Under the pieces are notes generated by a model, which searched no databases, was not told where the DNA came from, and saw only the letters and a list, made by a program, of their open reading frames with translations. A program made the translations under genes and the position numbers. This document shows, in pieces, positions 8,294 through 15,926 of a DNA stretch of 64,000 nucleotides (position 1 is the stretch's first letter; the number at the start of each line of letters is the position of its first letter). Source of the stretch: Alphaproteobacteria bacterium (GTDB lineage: Bacteria > Pseudomonadota > Alphaproteobacteria > Micropepsales > Micropepsaceae); NCBI GenBank assembly GCA_034440355.1, contig JAWXBY010000033.1:37850-101849 (forward strand). Reading direction: 5' to 3'.

Positions 8294-9364
8294 CTACGCC
8301 GTCTTGAGGGCTGCTCTCGGCTCGTGCGTTTGGTGAAGCAAGCGATCGTACAGGTGGAGGTAGCTGCGCGCCATTACCTCAGCGGAAAACCTTCGTTCGA
8401 AGACGTGACGTATTTTTGCACGACTGAGCGTGCGGGCGTCAGCGACCGCAGCGACGGCTTCGTCGATTGAGTTGACGAGAATGCCGGTGACGCCATCGTC
8501 GATGACCTCACGGACCGAGCCGCAGGGCCAGGCGATCACCGGTGTGCCGCACGCCATCGCCTCGATCATCACGAGGCCGAAGGGTTCGGGCCAATCGATG
8601 GGGAACAATACCGCCATTGCGCCGGAGAGAAACTCAGGCTTTTGCTGGTCGGAGATTTCGCCGACGAATTCGACCGGAGCGTCTTTCATGAGCGGCGCGA
8701 TTTGGTCACGGAAATAGGCCTCATCGACGCCGTCGACCTTGGCGGCGATGCGCAGTTTGATGCCGGTTCGTTTTGCGATTTCGATCGCGCGGTCTGGGCG
8801 CTTCTCGGGCGAAATGCGTCCGAGGAATGCGAGGTAGTCGCGCGGCTTGTCGGTGCGCGCCGCAGGAGCCAGCAGATCGCTGGGCAAGCCGTGGTGCACG
8901 GTTGCGGCCCAATTCGCGTTGGGCAAAGCTTTGCGCTGATTGTGTGAGATCGACACCAGCGGGAATTCGGGCCAGCGATCGTAGACGCCGCTCAAGTCCT
9001 TGAGGTCGAGCCGGCCGTGCAAGGTTGTGACCGTGCGGTTCGCCATACGTTCGAACATGGGGAAGTGCAGCAGATCCACGTGGAAGTGGAGAATGTCGAA
9101 ATCGTCGGCGCGTTTTGCAACTTCGTGCAGCATCGAGAGGTGTGACGCCACGTCGGACTTCAGTGGCGCAGGATCCAGTCGTATCGACTGATCGCGGACG
9201 GGTATCAACTTCGCCTTCGTGACGGCGTCCGCTGCCGCGAACAAGCTAACGTCGTGACCGAGATCGACCAGCGCGTCCGTGACCCACGAGACGACACGCT
9301 CCGTGCCGCCATAGAGCCGCGGCGGAACGGCTTCGTAGAGCGGTGCGATTTGAGCAATCTTCAT
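8294..9364 (-). CDS. Glycosyltransferase family 4 (GT-B, group 1)
   Basis: ORF 8294-9436 trimmed to ATG 9364 (MKIAQIAPLYEAVPPRLYGGTERVV). C-terminal EPFGLVMIEAMACGTPV motif. The stop lies 3 nt before the glucosidase start. Confidence 0.85.
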   Translation of the reverse strand: MKIAQIAPLYEAVPPRLYGGTERVVSWVTDALVDLGHDVSLFAAADAVTKAKLIPVRDQSIRLDPAPLKSDVASHLSMLHEVAKRADDFDILHFHVDLLHFPMFERMANRTVTTLHGRLDLKDLSGVYDRWPEFPLVSISHNQRKALPNANWAATVHHGLPSDLLAPAARTDKPRDYLAFLGRISPEKRPDRAIEIAKRTGIKLRIAAKVDGVDEAYFRDQIAPLMKDAPVEFVGEISDQQKPEFLSGAMAVLFPIDWPEPFGLVMIEAMACGTPVIAWPCGSVREVIDDGVTGILVNSIDEAVAAVADARTLSRAKIRHVFERRFSAEVMARSYLHLYDRLLHQTHEPRAALKTA

Positions 9365-9451
9365 GATTTTTGGCCGTGTGAGAACCAGGGATACAACGCG
9401 GGCGCAGCGATGCAGGTTCCGAACGACAAGGCGCATGGGTAGTTAAGTCCG

Positions 9452-11155
9452 CTATGGCTGCGCGGGCGTGGTGTAACGGCTCAAAATAGCCTCGCTTACG
9501 CGCTTGCGGCTTTCGTGGGCGGCGATCGCGCCGTTGCGTTCGACGGTGGCGACTTCGTCGGCAAGCTCGTCGTTCTTGATGACTGTGCGCATCCATTGCG
9601 AATAGTCGCCGGCGCGCAAGTGATGGTCCCAGGTTGCGTCGTCGACGCCTGCGCCGATCTGCACGAACAGCATCAGGTTTTGTGCACGGAGATTGAGCGC
9701 GCCCTTCGGGCCTTTGAAGTAGAAGCTGCGATCGGGCCCGAGTTCGCCTTCCGCGTATTTGCGGCTGTGACGTTTGCGGGCCTGGCGCGGCTTTATCGGT
9801 TTTATCGCTTGTGGCCGGGCGGCTTCGTCGCAGCGCCAAAACAGGACTTCGTCGTCTTTAGGCTTGGTGACCGGTGGCGTGGCGATGCCGAGCGCTGCGC
9901 AGCACGCGGCGATGACTTGTTCAGCGCCGTCGCCCAGGGCCACGACAGCTTCCAAGGTCTTTAACGCTTGGATCTGCACGGATTCCGGATGCACAGTGAT
10001 AAGGACGGTCGCTGGCAGATCGCTGGGTGAGGTTTGTTCGAGACCGCCGTGTTCGGACGGCAGGACATGATGCGCTTCGTCGACGATGAGCCAGTGGGGA
10101 CGACCGGACTTCAGGCGCAACGCGCCGATCTTGCCGAGCAGTTTGGCGAAGAACGCGGGCCTGTCCGCAGCTGCGACCGCCAGCGCGCAGACGACGACAT
10201 TGACGTCGGGGCGGCGCAGGAGTTCGAAGACTTCGTTCTCCGTCGGGGCGGTTTTTGCGTTGCCGACGCATACCGCGCCGTCGAGATCCAGATAGTCGCC
10301 TTCCGGATCAAGGACGCAGAATTGTTGGCCCTTCTCAACCATGCGCTCGGTGAGTGCGGTGGCGATCGTGGATTTGCCGATGCCGGATTTGCCGGCTATC
10401 AGCACGCTGTCCGTGGGGGTTAAGCAGACGTTCGCGCCTTTGCCGGTGACGCCGATGGCGATGCCATGGCGGGCGAGGGGGACGATGGCGGCGTCTTTGG
10501 CGGCTAGCAGGGACATTAGTTCGACGACGCCCGCACCGCGTTCGCCTTGAGTGACGAAGTCGGCGGTTTCCTTCAGCATCGGCAATGCGTTGGCGACGGC
10601 GACCGCGCAACCGCAGGCGCGCAGAAAGGCGTGATCGTTCTCCGCGTCGCCGACGGCCACGATGTTGTGAGGCGATAGTTCGAGTTCGGCGAGCGCCGCG
10701 GCCAGGCCCGACGCCTTGTTCACACCGGCGGGCAGCACCATGACGGCGCCTTTGTTGAATATGATCTGAAGTTCGAGACCCATATCGCGGATTGTGTTGA
10801 GGACCACGCCTTCGTTCGGCTCCCACGTGGCGACGATCGAATGGCCGACCGAGAGAGGCGTAACGTTATTGGCCCTAAGCGCTTCGACGAATTGCGGCGG
10901 CGGCGCCGGTGCGATGGCATGAATCTCTTCGTTCGCGGGATCGTAGATGACCGCGCCGTTTTCGGCGACGACGCGATCGAAGATGCTGAGTTCGGTGAAC
11001 ACCTTTTTTAGATCTTCAAGTTCGCGGCCGGTGACCAGAATCAGCTTGCGGCCGGTGCGCTTGAACTGGCGCATCGCTTCGATCGTCTCCTCGGCGACGA
11101 TTCCGAACTCTGCGATCGTGCCGTCATAGTCGGTGGCGAGAGCGATGAAGAACAA
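9452..11155 (-). CDS. Fusion protein: N-terminal HAD-IIB phosphatase domain + C-terminal HerA/DUF87-like P-loop ATPase
   Basis: HAD motifs are LATDYDGT, VTGR and VGDAENDHAFL. ATPase has Walker A GKSGIGKST, VLDPEGDY and Walker B WLIVDEAHH. Start is set to TTG 11155 (aaggaa RBS) because the EcfG -10 box is only 18 nt from the alternative ATG at 11200. Confidence 0.75.
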   Translation of the reverse strand: MFFIALATDYDGTIAEFGIVAEETIEAMRQFKRTGRKLILVTGRELEDLKKVFTELSIFDRVVAENGAVIYDPANEEIHAIAPAPPPQFVEALRANNVTPLSVGHSIVATWEPNEGVVLNTIRDMGLELQIIFNKGAVMVLPAGVNKASGLAAALAELELSPHNIVAVGDAENDHAFLRACGCAVAVANALPMLKETADFVTQGERGAGVVELMSLLAAKDAAIVPLARHGIAIGVTGKGANVCLTPTDSVLIAGKSGIGKSTIATALTERMVEKGQQFCVLDPEGDYLDLDGAVCVGNAKTAPTENEVFELLRRPDVNVVVCALAVAAADRPAFFAKLLGKIGALRLKSGRPHWLIVDEAHHVLPSEHGGLEQTSPSDLPATVLITVHPESVQIQALKTLEAVVALGDGAEQVIAACCAALGIATPPVTKPKDDEVLFWRCDEAARPQAIKPIKPRQARKRHSRKYAEGELGPDRSFYFKGPKGALNLRAQNLMLFVQIGAGVDDATWDHHLRAGDYSQWMRTVIKNDELADEVATVERNGAIAAHESRKRVSEAILSRYTTPAQP

Positions 11156-11217
11156 TTGGCGTTCCTTGTGGGGGGGCGGGCTCAGGCGACGGCGCCGCAC
11201 TGGGCAGGTTCGTCATC

Positions 11218-11242
11218 AACGCGAGGGATCGGCGCGAGTTCC
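11218..11242 (-). promoter_or_regulatory. Sigma-EcfG-type promoter facing the HAD-ATPase/GT4/glucosidase operon
   Basis: Minus strand GGAAC(11242-11238)-N16-CGTT(11221-11218). Confidence 0.55.
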
Positions 11243-11343
11243 ATGATTCAATCGCTGCGATTGGAACCTGCGGATGGTGTGTCCGTACGGTTGTTTTGCG
11301 GTTGTGCAAGTCGGTCAACCTGTGAAGAAATTCCTCCCAGCCT

Positions 11344-11369
11344 GGAACTCCTCGGTTCCGTCGAGCGTT
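11344..11369 (+). promoter_or_regulatory. Sigma-EcfG-type promoter facing the KGG stress-protein gene
   Basis: GGAAC(11344-11348)-N17-CGTT(11366-11369), 40 nt upstream of ATG 11409. Confidence 0.7.
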
Positions 11370-11408
11370 CTAACCGCCGTCGATGAAACCGCTTGAGGGT
11401 CATGTGCC

Positions 11409-11678
11409 ATGACGAACACCACCGATCTCCGTATGGACTCACTCGTTCATGGGACGCCGAGTGCTGGTGCACCGATTCTCGTGAAGCGAGGGTTTGCGGC
11501 GATGGACCGCGGTCGCCAGCGCGACATCGCCTCCAAGGGCGGATCTAGCGTGCCGGTCAGCAAGCGCAGCTTTTCGCGTGATCACGAACTGGCGGTGCGG
11601 GCCGGCCGCAAGGGCGGTCTGGCGCGTATGCGTGCCGCTCAGGCGAGCCGCGACGGCGACAACGCTTCCACTCAGTAA
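11409..11678 (+). CDS. KGG-repeat general stress protein
   Basis: 89 aa. RGFAAMDRGRQRDIASKGG and RAGRKGG repeats match the stress-induced KGG motif family. Confidence 0.8.
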   Translation: MTNTTDLRMDSLVHGTPSAGAPILVKRGFAAMDRGRQRDIASKGGSSVPVSKRSFSRDHELAVRAGRKGGLARMRAAQASRDGDNASTQ

Positions 11679-11683
11679 GGCGT

Positions 11684-12250
11684 TCAGGCGCCGGGCTCGT
11701 ACCAGAGCACGATGTTGCCGTTCTTGAACGTCCGAGTTTTCGTCAGCTTCAGATTTAGTTTGCCTTCGATGCCGGAAAAGAGCGTCTTGCCGCCGCCGAG
11801 CGCGATTGGGTGGACGACGATCTGAGCGGTGTCGATCAGGCTTGCGTCGGCGAGTTGGGCGACGATGCTGCCGCTGCCAAGCGTGACGAGGTCGGGACCG
11901 GGCGTGTTCTTCAGCTTGCGAATTTCCGTGGCGAGGTCGCCTTTGATGACGTGCGTATTCTGCCACGTCGCGTGGCTTAGCGTCCGCGAGACCACGTATT
12001 TCTGCATCTCGTTCATGCTCTTGGCGACAGTGGGCATCATTTGCGCGGCGGCCGGCGTGGGCCAGAAGCCTGCCATCATCTCGTAGGTGACGCGGCCGAA
12101 GAGCAGGGCGCCGTCGCCGCTGGCGTTGGCGGCGGTGAAGTCGTTCCATTCTTTGTCATCGGGCGATTGATGCGCCCAGCTCATGTCGCTTCTCGCGTCG
12201 GCGAAGAAGCCGTTGAGCGTGACATTCATGAAGATGTTGAGTTTGCGCAT
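11684..12250 (-). CDS. Dihydrofolate reductase family protein (RibD C-terminal-like)
   Basis: MRKLNIFMNVTLNGFFAD...GSGSIVAQL...LWYEP pattern typical of this family. Confidence 0.75.
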   Translation of the reverse strand: MRKLNIFMNVTLNGFFADARSDMSWAHQSPDDKEWNDFTAANASGDGALLFGRVTYEMMAGFWPTPAAAQMMPTVAKSMNEMQKYVVSRTLSHATWQNTHVIKGDLATEIRKLKNTPGPDLVTLGSGSIVAQLADASLIDTAQIVVHPIALGGGKTLFSGIEGKLNLKLTKTRTFKNGNIVLWYEPGA

Positions 12251-12387
12251 GGTTAGGCCTCCGCAACGAGGGTGGGACCGGCGTTGCAGCGTGCGGATCG
12301 ATCCGTCGAGCTGTCAAGCGTGCGGCCAGCCAATGTGATCGATACGGGCGGTTGATCTGGGCGGCGGGGCATGTTCTGTGCGACGCC

Positions 12388-13182
12388 ATGGATGGTTTGA
12401 CCGACAAACAAGTTGCCGCGTTCGTTCGCGACGGTGTTGTCAGGATTGACGGCGCCTTTCCGCGTTTGGCGGCCGACGTCTGTCGCGCGGTGCTTTGGCG
12501 GGATACGGGGGCCAACCCTTCCGATTCTTCGACGTGGACTAAGGCTGTCGTTCGGTTGGGCAATTACTACGACCCGACGTTCGTCGGCACGGCCAACACG
12601 CCGGTACTGCATGCGGCGTTCGATCGGCTTGTCGGGCGCGGGCGCTGGGTGCCGCCGGCGAGTGTGGGTACGTTCCCCGTTCGATTTCCGTCGCCGGAGG
12701 ATCCCGGCGATGCCGGATGGCATATCGATGCCAGCTTTCCCCCGCCGGGTGGCGACGCGCAGGACTATATGTCTTGGCGCGTGAACGTGAACTCGAGGGG
12801 GCGGGCATTGTTGCTGCTGCTGCTGTTTTCGGATGTCGGTCCGGACGATGCGCCGACGCGGATTCGGTTGGGCTCCCATCGCGATGTGGCGCGTAGACTT
12901 GCCGGTGTCGGCGAGTCCGGCCTGAACGTCCTTGATTTGCAGGATGTGTACACAGCGACGGAAGGGCTGCCGGAGGTGTTCGCGACCGGTGACGCGGGGA
13001 CGGCATATCTATGCCATCCGTTTCTGGTTCACGCGGCGCAGCCGCATCGCGGGACGCGCCCGCGATTTATGGCGCAACCGCCGTTGTTTCCGGCGCAGCC
13101 GCTGAGTTTGGCGCGTGAGGCCGGCGACCACTCTCCCGTCGAACGGGCGATCAGATTGGCTTTGGACATGGAGCGGGCGTGA
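12388..13182 (+). CDS. Phytanoyl-CoA dioxygenase (PhyH) family Fe(II)/2OG oxygenase
   Basis: Trimmed to ATG 12388 (MDGLTDKQVAAFVRDGVV). WHID motif and CHPFLVHAAQP. Confidence 0.65.
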   Translation: MDGLTDKQVAAFVRDGVVRIDGAFPRLAADVCRAVLWRDTGANPSDSSTWTKAVVRLGNYYDPTFVGTANTPVLHAAFDRLVGRGRWVPPASVGTFPVRFPSPEDPGDAGWHIDASFPPPGGDAQDYMSWRVNVNSRGRALLLLLLFSDVGPDDAPTRIRLGSHRDVARRLAGVGESGLNVLDLQDVYTATEGLPEVFATGDAGTAYLCHPFLVHAAQPHRGTRPRFMAQPPLFPAQPLSLAREAGDHSPVERAIRLALDMERA

Positions 13183-13535
13183 TGGCGAAGCAGGTTACGA
13201 TCTATGGCATCAAGAATTGCGACACGATGAAGAAAGCGCGCGCTTGGTTGGACGAGCACGGCGTCGCTTATTCGTTTCATGACTATAAGAGCGCGGGGAT
13301 CGAGCGCGACGTGCTGGAAGGCTGGGTGAAGGAGGCGGGGTGGGAAATTGTGCTGAACCGCGCCGGCACGACGTTTCGCTCGTTGCCCGACGACAAGAAG
13401 GACGGGCTGAACGAGAAGAAGGCTGTCGCGTTGATGCTTGCGCAGCCTTCAATGATCAAACGGCCGGTGTTGATTGCGGGTAAGAAGTTGCTCGTCGGGT
13501 TCAAGCCCGAGCAATATCGGGCGCTGTTCGGCTGA
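13182..13535 (+). CDS. ArsC/Spx-family reductase (YffB-like)
   Basis: MAKQVTIYGIKNCDTMKKARAWLDEHGV...MIKRPVL. The ATG overlaps the upstream TGA (TGATG). Confidence 0.85.
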   Translation: MAKQVTIYGIKNCDTMKKARAWLDEHGVAYSFHDYKSAGIERDVLEGWVKEAGWEIVLNRAGTTFRSLPDDKKDGLNEKKAVALMLAQPSMIKRPVLIAGKKLLVGFKPEQYRALFG

Positions 13536-13537
13536 CG

Positions 13538-13957
13538 CTAGCGCAGGTGTTCCCATAGCTTGCGTTCTTCGGCGATGCGTTCGTGTTCTTCGCCGTTGAA
13601 ATCGCTCCGCGCGACGACGCCGATAACGGTGCCTGCCCGGGTCAGCGGCACGTGATGGATGCCGCAATCCCACATCAGGCGCAGCGCTTCGATCGTCGTG
13701 CGCTCGGGTGCGATGGTGACGAGGTCGGTCGTCATCACGTCTTGCAGACGCAGATCGGCGGGCTGTCCGGCGGCGGCAATAACGGCGACGGCGTCACTGG
13801 CGGTGAAGATGCCGACCAGTGCGCTGTTTTCGTCCGTGACAAGGACGCAGCCGGTTTGGCGATCGCGCATCTTTTCACACGCGGTTTTTACGGTCGCGTC
13901 GAAGGGCATGGTCAGTGTGTCTTGATTTTCGACAAGTTCGATGAGTTTGCGCGCCAT
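13538..13957 (-). CDS. CBS domain pair protein
   Basis: 139 aa containing two CBS-like repeats (VMTTDLVTI..., GCVLVTDENSALVGIFT...). Confidence 0.8.
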   Translation of the reverse strand: MARKLIELVENQDTLTMPFDATVKTACEKMRDRQTGCVLVTDENSALVGIFTASDAVAVIAAAGQPADLRLQDVMTTDLVTIAPERTTIEALRLMWDCGIHHVPLTRAGTVIGVVARSDFNGEEHERIAEERKLWEHLR

Positions 13958-14038
13958 TTTGGAACCTCTTGGGTTACGCGCCCCGCGCCCGCGTTCCTAC
14001 TGCCTAGGTGAACGCGTCAAACGCGAAGAGGTTCTGCA

Positions 14039-14374
14039 CTAAATCGATTTTGCGCCCAGCGTTTTGCGCCAATGAGCGGTGCGCTCCTTCAGCAGCGTGT
14101 CGCGATCGAACGATGGTTCTTCGTCCGTCATGCGTTCCAGGACGTCGAACGTGACGTTTTCGGCGCCGTGGTCGTTCCAGGCTTTCTGCAGGTCCTTGTG
14201 CTCGCAGCTGCCCAGGCGCAGCGCGAACCAGAGGCGGTTCTGGATCGCTTGGAGATTGGGCGATTGACCGACCCACGCCTCGGCTGAGGCCGCGCAGCGC
14301 ACGGCGAAGATTCCGATCGGGATCTTGCGTTCTTTGTAGGCCGCGAGGGCCGCTTTCTTGTTGGCGCTTTTCAT
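14039..14374 (-). CDS. Small GIY-YIG nuclease family protein
   Basis: 111 aa. The pattern AAYKERKIPIGIFAVRC...WVGQSPNL...RLWFALRLG...LQKAW matches short GIY-YIG proteins. Confidence 0.65.
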   Translation of the reverse strand: MKSANKKAALAAYKERKIPIGIFAVRCAASAEAWVGQSPNLQAIQNRLWFALRLGSCEHKDLQKAWNDHGAENVTFDVLERMTDEEPSFDRDTLLKERTAHWRKTLGAKSI

Positions 14375-14431
14375 AGCGTGAGCTCGTCTTCGACCTGGGT
14401 TGGATAGCAGGCGAGCGCAGATATGGCAATA

Positions 14432-14476
14432 TTACCCGGATAATAATTGACACTGGTATCGTGGCCCGGGTAAAAA
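14432..14476 (+). promoter_or_regulatory. Sigma70-like promoter embedded in an 8-bp inverted repeat, upstream of the DUF2239 gene
   Basis: TTGACA(14447-14452)-N18-TAAAAA(14471-14476). The inverted repeat is ttacccgg(14432-14439)/ccgggtaa(14466-14473). The -10 ends 5 nt before ATG 14482, so the mRNA could be leaderless. Confidence 0.4.
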
Positions 14477-14481
14477 TTTGT

Positions 14482-15078
14482 ATGAGCGATCAATTGTCCA
14501 AGCCTTGCACAGCATTCGAGGGGAGCCGCCGGTTGGCGGCAGGGCCCTTGATCGAGGTCGTGTTGGCGGTGAAGGCGGCGTCGGACGAGGCGGAGGCGCC
14601 GATCTTTGTCTTCGACGATGCGACCGGGCGCGCGATGGATTTCGATTTGCGAGGTTCGGTGGCGGATGTCGGCGCGCGGTTGACGCGGCCTTCGCCTGCG
14701 AGGCGTGCGGCGCCGGAAGAACCGGCCGGTGAAACGCGCGGGCGGGGGCGGCCGAAGTTGGGCGTCGTCGGGCGCGAGGTGACGTTGCTGCCGCGGCATT
14801 GGGAATGGCTTGCGACGCAGCCGGGCGGCGCGTCGGTCGCGCTACGCAAGTTGGTGGATGAGGCGCGGCGGACCGGCGGCGCGAAGCAGAAGGCACGCGA
14901 GGCGCAGGAGCGCGCCTATCAGTTCATGTCCGCGATGGCCGGCAACTTGCCGGGGTTTGAAGAGGCGGCGCGGGCTTTGTTTGCGAACGATCGCGCACGG
15001 TTCGATGTGCAGGTCGCGAGTTGGCCTGAGGATGTGCGGGCGTATGCGATCAGGCTTGCGTTTGAGGGGACACCATGA
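14482..15078 (+). CDS. DUF2239 family protein
   Basis: Trimmed to ATG 14482 (MSDQLSKPCTAFEGSRRLAAGPLIEVVLAVK). GRGRPKLGVVGREVTLLPRHWEWL block. Confidence 0.65.
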   Translation: MSDQLSKPCTAFEGSRRLAAGPLIEVVLAVKAASDEAEAPIFVFDDATGRAMDFDLRGSVADVGARLTRPSPARRAAPEEPAGETRGRGRPKLGVVGREVTLLPRHWEWLATQPGGASVALRKLVDEARRTGGAKQKAREAQERAYQFMSAMAGNLPGFEEAARALFANDRARFDVQVASWPEDVRAYAIRLAFEGTP

Positions 15079-15133
15079 GGCGCAGTTGCAAATCGTTCGC
15101 AGAACCATGTTTGAAAACTGCCGCCTTCGCGCA

Positions 15134-15161
15134 TTGACGGGGCGCTGAGGCTCCTTACATA
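15134..15161 (+). promoter_or_regulatory. Sigma70-like promoter for the riboswitch-GDT1 transcript
   Basis: TTGACG(15134-15139)-N16-TACATA(15156-15161), immediately upstream of the riboswitch-like element. Confidence 0.4.
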
Positions 15162-15164
15162 TCG

Positions 15165-15300
15165 CGGCGTTCGGGGAGTAGTTGTCCGCGCATCTCACGC
15201 GGAGCCTCGCGTCAACATACTTGGCCTTTGGGCCATGGCGCAGGCGGCGGGACGGAATGTTCCGGATTGGCGAGACCGACACAGAGACCTTCGGCTTTGG
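15165..15300 (+). ncRNA. Candidate yybP-ykoY (Mn2+) riboswitch
   Basis: Contains the conserved cGGGGAGUAG (15172-15181), a hairpin ccgcg-catctca-cgcgg, GUCAACAUAC (15211-15220) and a 3' GGCGAGACCGA/ACAGAGACC segment. The downstream gene is a UPF0016/GDT1 Mn-exporter-type protein, a known partner of this riboswitch. Confidence 0.6.
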
Positions 15301-15353
15301 GCCGACGAGGGTCGATGTGTCGTCGTTCACGCCGCGCCCCTGGACTGCCTCTC

Positions 15354-15926
15354 ATGTTCGACGCGTTTGGGACGTCCGCTCTCGTGGTTGCGATTGCGGA
15401 GATCGGCGACAAGACCCAGCTGCTCGCGATCGTGCTCGCCGCGAAGTATCGCAGGCCTGTTCCCATCATCTTCGGCATTTTAGCAGCGACGCTTGCGAAC
15501 CACGCGTTGGCGGCGGGGGCGGGGTATTACGTCGCCGCGTGGTTGACGGGGCCGGCGTTCCGGATCGCGGTCGGCGTGGCGTTCATAGTGATGGCGGGGT
15601 GGGCGCTCATTCCGGACAAGGCCGATGATGACGCCGCATCGCGCACATATGACGGCGTGTTTCTGACGACGTTGATCGCATTCTTCTTTGTTGAGATCGG
15701 GGACAAGACGCAGATTGCGACGTCGTTGCTTGCCGCGCGCTATCATGACGTCGTCGCGGTCGCGATCGGCACGACTCTGGGGATGATGATCGCGAATGTC
15801 CCGGTCGTGTTTTTCGGCGAGGCGATCACCAAGATCGTACCGCTTCACATCGTGAGGATTGCTGCCGCGGCGTTGTTTGGGGTGATCGGCGTTTGGGTGA
15901 TCGTCGCCGCTGCCGGGTTTATCTGA
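15354..15926 (+). CDS. TMEM165/GDT1 (UPF0016) family cation (Mn2+/Ca2+) transporter
   Basis: Trimmed to ATG 15354. The duplicated signature E-x-G-D-K-T is present (AEIGDKTQLLA and VEIGDKTQIAT). Confidence 0.85.
   Translation: MFDAFGTSALVVAIAEIGDKTQLLAIVLAAKYRRPVPIIFGILAATLANHALAAGAGYYVAAWLTGPAFRIAVGVAFIVMAGWALIPDKADDDAASRTYDGVFLTTLIAFFFVEIGDKTQIATSLLAARYHDVVAVAIGTTLGMMIANVPVVFFGEAITKIVPLHIVRIAAAALFGVIGVWVIVAAAGFI

Noticed and set aside
11263-11287. A second GGAAC motif upstream of the KGG gene (GGAAC-N16-CGTA).
   Set aside because: The -10 element is CGTA rather than CGTT, and a perfect motif lies 80 nt downstream. It is too weak to call on its own.
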